From Alkanindiges sp. WGS2144 (GTDB taxonomy: Bacteria > Pseudomonadota > Gammaproteobacteria > Pseudomonadales > Moraxellaceae), in NCBI RefSeq assembly GCF_043950625.1, contig NZ_CP171007.1: a DNA stretch of 32,000 nucleotides. One strand, written 5' to 3'. Both the position numbers and the translations under genes were made by a program. Shown here one piece after another: positions 27,912 to 32,000 of the stretch. The notes below the pieces were generated by a model, which did not search any database, was not told the origin of the DNA, and was given only the letters and a program-made list of their open reading frames with translations. Position 1 is the stretch's first letter; each line of letters opens with the position of its first letter.

Positions 27912-29150
27912 TTAACTCACTGAAGAATTTTTGCCGGTTTGTGGCCACTCAAACACTACACTCATGCCGGGACGCAGACCTTGCAATGGCTGGATGCTCT
28001 TTAATTTAACCTCAAAAGTACGCATGTCATAACCGCTGGACTGACGGGTCGGCTTCCAGGAGGCAAAAGTACCCTGAGCTGCAATATGACTGACCTTAAA
28101 AGCAGTATTCTTGCGGTTTAAGGCGGGAATGTCAGCATACAGAATAGTTCCAGTCTGTAGCTGGTTAAACTGGTCTTCGCGCAGGTTAATAGTCACCCAC
28201 TGATTGCTTAAGTCAATCAGCGTATAAAGGGGAATACCCGCGGGCACTAGCTCCCCTTCGTTGGCAAATCTTTGGCTGATTTCTCCATCCTCAGGGGCAA
28301 CCAGTTGCATTTCCTGATTCAGGGCTTTGGCTTCAAACACGGCTGCTTCAGCAATCTTGACCTGAGCCTGAGCGCCGGATAGTTGTTCGGGTGTGCTACC
28401 ACGCTCAGCTCGCAGGTATTGTTGCCGGGTGGCCTCAGCAATTTGCGCTGCGGAGTTTTTGGCGGCATACGCTTCATCGCGACGTTGCCTGGAAATCACA
28501 CCTTCCTTAAACAGATTTTCTGCCCGCTGATAAGTCACCCTGGCAAGTTCTGCCTGTGCCTGTGCGCTTTGCCAGTTGGCTTTTAGCGAGGCAATATTTT
28601 CCTGTTGCGAGCCACGCTGGGCAGTTTGTTCCAGCGCCCGGGCTGATTGCAAGGCACCTTCAGCCTGCTGCTGTTTAGCCTGCAATTCCGGGCTGGTTAA
28701 AATTCCCAGCACCTGGCCTTTTTTAACCTGATCACCTTCTTGTGCCAGTAATTGTTCAACCCGGCTGGGGATTTTGGTAGAGACATTCAGGGTTTCGGCT
28801 TCTACCATGCCCTGAATTTGCTGTGACGTGGGTTTATAGGCCAACCATAATCCAAGTGCTACCATCACTACTAAAAACAGCATAAACAACACACGGGCTA
28901 TTTTATCTTTTGGCAGTGGCTTTTTTGTCCGCTCCTGTTCAGGCGATGGTTTTGGTTGTTCATTGGGTGGCTCTACAGATTGTGCGTGTTCAGTTTGCAT
29001 GTTGATACTTTGCTGCTGATCTGAACTGACAAGGTTATTACTACTATTTAATTCATTGGATAATGCAGCGTCAGGCACCGGTGAGTTGCAGCCATCAGGG
29101 GATGCTTCCATATCCGGTGTGGCATCTGGTTTGTCTGGATTATTATTCAT
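27912..29150 (-). CDS. HlyD/YbhG-family periplasmic adaptor (membrane fusion protein)
   Basis: 412 aa. After a single TM (VLFMLFLVVMVALGLWLAY) come a lipoyl-like half (GDQVKKGQVLG), a long coiled-coil hairpin rich in A/Q/E (..LFKEGVISRQRRDEA..), a second lipoyl half and a beta-barrel. The start overlaps the OMP gene by 8 nt. Confidence 0.85.
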   Translation of the reverse strand: MNNNPDKPDATPDMEASPDGCNSPVPDAALSNELNSSNNLVSSDQQQSINMQTEHAQSVEPPNEQPKPSPEQERTKKPLPKDKIARVLFMLFLVVMVALGLWLAYKPTSQQIQGMVEAETLNVSTKIPSRVEQLLAQEGDQVKKGQVLGILTSPELQAKQQQAEGALQSARALEQTAQRGSQQENIASLKANWQSAQAQAELARVTYQRAENLFKEGVISRQRRDEAYAAKNSAAQIAEATRQQYLRAERGSTPEQLSGAQAQVKIAEAAVFEAKALNQEMQLVAPEDGEISQRFANEGELVPAGIPLYTLIDLSNQWVTINLREDQFNQLQTGTILYADIPALNRKNTAFKVSHIAAQGTFASWKPTRQSSGYDMRTFEVKLKSIQPLQGLRPGMSVVFEWPQTGKNSSVS

Positions 29151-30741
29151 TGTTTGTTAATCCTGAGGTCATATTATGGCGAACGCTCATTAGCGATGGA
29201 TGCACCAGATACTGTATAAATTGCTCCGCCTGACCGGTAGTGGCAAGCAGGGTGGCAAGTGCCAGATCATACCGATAAGCAGCGGTAGCCTGATCGGTAT
29301 AGGCCAGATTCAGGGCAGTTAAGGCATCATTGACAAACGTAGCGGTGGTTTCTCCTTCCCTGAACGATAACTGCTGAACGCGCAGGTTTTCCTGTGCAGC
29401 GTTGATGCTGGTTTGCATGCTTAAAAAAGCCTTGCGGGCAGTTTCTGTTTCATTATAGGCACGTATCACCAGTTGCTGTAAGTCTTGTGCGGCCTGTAGC
29501 TGCAAGGCATGAATCGCTTCAACTCTGGATTTGGCTGCATTGAGCTGTTTTTTACGGTCAGTATTGGCCATCAGGGTATAACGGGCGCCAAGTCCCACTA
29601 ACCAGTCATTTTTGTCTAGAGTCTGCTGACCAAAGGCATAAGCACTAGGCAGTAAGGCAGCTTTTGCAACCCGGGCGCCCTCTTTGGCAATTTGCTGGTC
29701 TTTGCCCAATTGAGCCAGTTGTGGAGACTGGGCAAGCTGGTTTAAAAAAACCTCAAGCGGGGGTAGCGGCGTATTGACAATAAATAGTGGCGTACTCAAA
29801 TGGGGCATCACGGGCTGCGCCAAAAGCTGCTGCAAATACACTGCACTGGTATTTGCATTGCTGCTGGCCTGGTTATATTGACGCTGTGCAGCCTGTACCG
29901 CTACCTCTACCTGCAAACGCTGTGAGCGGCTGATCATGCCTTGCTGTTCCAGCTGTGTGGCGTTATACAAATGCTGTTGTAGCCCATTTAAGTTCTGCTG
30001 GGCTATATTTTCCAGATATACCGCCAACTGCTGGCCAAAATAAGCCTCTACCAGTTTGAGTAGTTGCTGGTTACTGGCCTGTTCATAACCTAACTGGGCT
30101 TTTTGTGCATTGATCTGGGCAATATTTTGTACAGCCTGGATAGACCCTCCAGTGTACAGGGGCATCACTGCTGATATCGTGGGGCCGAACAGTTTTTCAT
30201 TAATGACCACATTGCCTGAATCAGGCACCTGATCCAGTAAACCGGCCACACTACTGGAAAAACGATCGCCTAAAAATTCATTGATATTGTCTGGTAAGGG
30301 AACGGGTAGGCTATTTAACGATTGCTGAAAAGCCTGATTTGCCGCCGTACTTGCACTAGCTTTAATATTGTTTAAAGGGACATCGACCTCGGTTCGATAT
30401 CTGATGGCGTTGGCATTGAGTGATACCACCGGACGCCATAGCTGTGCCATAGCCTGTGCATCGTTCTGGCTGGCACTCATACTGGCTCGACTGGCCTGAA
30501 GGGTATAGGCATTTTGCTCAAGCCACTGCGCCGCATCGCTAAAGCTAAGCGCATCATTTAATGCAGGCGTAGCAGCACTGTCTGGCTGGGAAGTTAGCGG
30601 TGAGTTAAGTGTCGAACGTTGTAGCGAGGCTAAAGGCTCAGGTTGGGTTGCCCAGACTGGCAAAGCGCTTCCTGCCACATAACTGATTATAGAAATGAGC
30701 AAAAACAGTTTATTTGGTATGGACACTGTTTTAATCAACAT
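29143..30741 (-). CDS. TolC-family outer-membrane efflux protein
   Basis: 532 aa with a signal peptide (LFLLISIISYVAGSALPVWA). Two repeats of long helical segments have the A/Q/L-rich heptad character typical of OEP/TolC proteins. It is the first gene of the operon. Confidence 0.8.
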   Translation of the reverse strand: MLIKTVSIPNKLFLLISIISYVAGSALPVWATQPEPLASLQRSTLNSPLTSQPDSAATPALNDALSFSDAAQWLEQNAYTLQASRASMSASQNDAQAMAQLWRPVVSLNANAIRYRTEVDVPLNNIKASASTAANQAFQQSLNSLPVPLPDNINEFLGDRFSSSVAGLLDQVPDSGNVVINEKLFGPTISAVMPLYTGGSIQAVQNIAQINAQKAQLGYEQASNQQLLKLVEAYFGQQLAVYLENIAQQNLNGLQQHLYNATQLEQQGMISRSQRLQVEVAVQAAQRQYNQASSNANTSAVYLQQLLAQPVMPHLSTPLFIVNTPLPPLEVFLNQLAQSPQLAQLGKDQQIAKEGARVAKAALLPSAYAFGQQTLDKNDWLVGLGARYTLMANTDRKKQLNAAKSRVEAIHALQLQAAQDLQQLVIRAYNETETARKAFLSMQTSINAAQENLRVQQLSFREGETTATFVNDALTALNLAYTDQATAAYRYDLALATLLATTGQAEQFIQYLVHPSLMSVRHNMTSGLTNNE

Positions 30742-30930
30742 AGGCTATTCTTTACTGGTTTGAATATACGTCGTATCGTACTTGTACCAAGATTAAAGCT
30801 TATTTTGATCCAATCATTAAAGTAATTGATTGTAAACGTATTTTATTATGGCAAATGATTAGGTAATCAAAAAGGATGCCCAGGGCTAATTCCATGAGCA
30901 TCTACTGATTATGCCATCAATGTATTGTGG

Positions 30931-32000
30931 TTATAAAATCTTTTTTAAGCGCTCAATGGCCTGTTCACACTGGGCAATATCGGCAACCAGTGCCATGCGG
31001 ACATGGTTTTGTCCCGGATTAATAGTGCTATGACCTTGCACGACATCTCTTGATAAATAGCGGCCCGGCAGTACAGTGATATTGGCCTGACTGTAAAGAT
31101 GACGTGCAAAGCGCTCATCGTCATCTACCTGAAGCCAGAAATAAAACCCGGCATCCGGTTTTTGCAGTGGCAAAATATGGCCAAGCTCGTTTAAAAACAG
31201 GTCAAATTTTTGTTGGTATAACTGACGGTTTTGCTCAACATGCTGCTCGTCCTGCCAGGCTGCAATAGAAGCCAGCTGGTGTTGTACGGGCATTGCAGCG
31301 CCATGGTAGGTACGATATTTTAAATAGTTTGCCAAAAGTGCTGCATCGCCGGCCACAAAGCCGGAGCGCAAGCCCGGCAGGTTGGAGCGCTTTGAAAGGG
31401 AATGAAACACCACGCAGTTTTTATAATCGTGACGACCCAGCTCGGCACAGGCTTGTAGTAAGCCTACAGGTGCCTGATCAAAATAAAGCTCGGAATAGCA
31501 TTCATCTGAAGCAATGACAAAGTGATATTGATCTGACAGGGCAATCAGTTTTTTAAGCTGCTCCATAGGCATAACGCTACCGGTGGGATTGCCCGGCGTG
31601 CAAATAAATAAAAGCTGGGTGTTTTGCCAGACCTCTGCCGGCACCTCATCCAGATTACCCAGATAGCTATTTTGCTGTGTGCAGTTATAAAAATAAGGCT
31701 TTGCGCCAGCCAGAATGCTGGCCCCCTCATAAATCTGGTAAAACGGGTTAGGCATTACCACATAAGGCGCTTTACTGCGATCTATGTTTGCCTGAACGAA
31801 GGAAAACAGGGCTTCTCGCGTGCCACTTACCGGTAATATTTGGGTTTCTGCATTAATCTGCTGCAATTCAAAGCGCTGTTTTAGCCAGCTGGCAATAGTA
31901 CTGCGCAACGCAGGCAGGCCTTTACTGGTGGGATAAGTAGACAGATGCTGCAAAGAATCAATTAAGGCCTGTTTTACAAATTCAGGTGATTGATGTCTGG
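30931..32000 (-). CDS. dapC: Succinyldiaminopimelate transaminase-like class I aminotransferase (5' end outside window)
   Basis: The reading frame stays open to the window edge (...RHQSPEFVKQALIDSLQHLSTYPTSKGLPALR). It has VSGTREALF, PGNPTG and SLSKRSNLPGLRSGF (PLP-Lys). The pattern fits the DapC-type family, but assignment within class I aminotransferases is tentative. Confidence 0.7.
   Translation of the reverse strand, partial: RHQSPEFVKQALIDSLQHLSTYPTSKGLPALRSTIASWLKQRFELQQINAETQILPVSGTREALFSFVQANIDRSKAPYVVMPNPFYQIYEGASILAGAKPYFYNCTQQNSYLGNLDEVPAEVWQNTQLLFICTPGNPTGSVMPMEQLKKLIALSDQYHFVIASDECYSELYFDQAPVGLLQACAELGRHDYKNCVVFHSLSKRSNLPGLRSGFVAGDAALLANYLKYRTYHGAAMPVQHQLASIAAWQDEQHVEQNRQLYQQKFDLFLNELGHILPLQKPDAGFYFWLQVDDDERFARHLYSQANITVLPGRYLSRDVVQGHSTINPGQNHVRMALVADIAQCEQAIERLKKIL

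Overview
This window reads as ordinary core chromosome of a gammaproteobacterium. Protein sequences and gene order look Moraxellaceae/Acinetobacter-like, but that is inference and I could not verify it. I can support 26 protein-coding genes, one tRNA, several rho-independent terminators, a Pho-box promoter and a tRNA promoter. From left to right: pitA sits directly upstream of a PhoB-type Pho box and pstS-pstC-pstA-pstB. Next come an SRAP/YedK peptidase divergent from dps, then acnB, then a Q/N/G/H-rich KGG-repeat stress protein. An ORF-free, very AT-rich gap of about 880 bp follows, then an SDR oxidoreductase, a DUF4124-like secreted protein and a tRNA with a CAT anticodon. After that: rsuA-like, cysE-trmJ (overlapping), a divergent YidD-like ORF, dnaE, a PhaC-like alpha/beta hydrolase, an AlaA-type aminotransferase with an N-terminal extension, and msrB-gpx (overlapping). 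The window ends with a four-gene envelope operon (TolC-like OMP, HlyD/YbhG-type adaptor, two ABC-2 permeases) and a 5'-truncated dapC-like gene at the right edge. I found no transposase, integrase, CRISPR array, phage gene or recognisable defence gene. The most system-like unexplained item is the TolC/HlyD/2x ABC-2 permease operon, which has no ATPase gene. Secondary items are the putative HTH-like extension on the aminotransferase, a PhaC-like enzyme with Ser where PHA synthases have the catalytic Cys, and the AT-rich gap carrying a G8 tract. I see no convincing evidence of a wholly new system. All functional calls rest on motifs recognised by eye, not on database searches.
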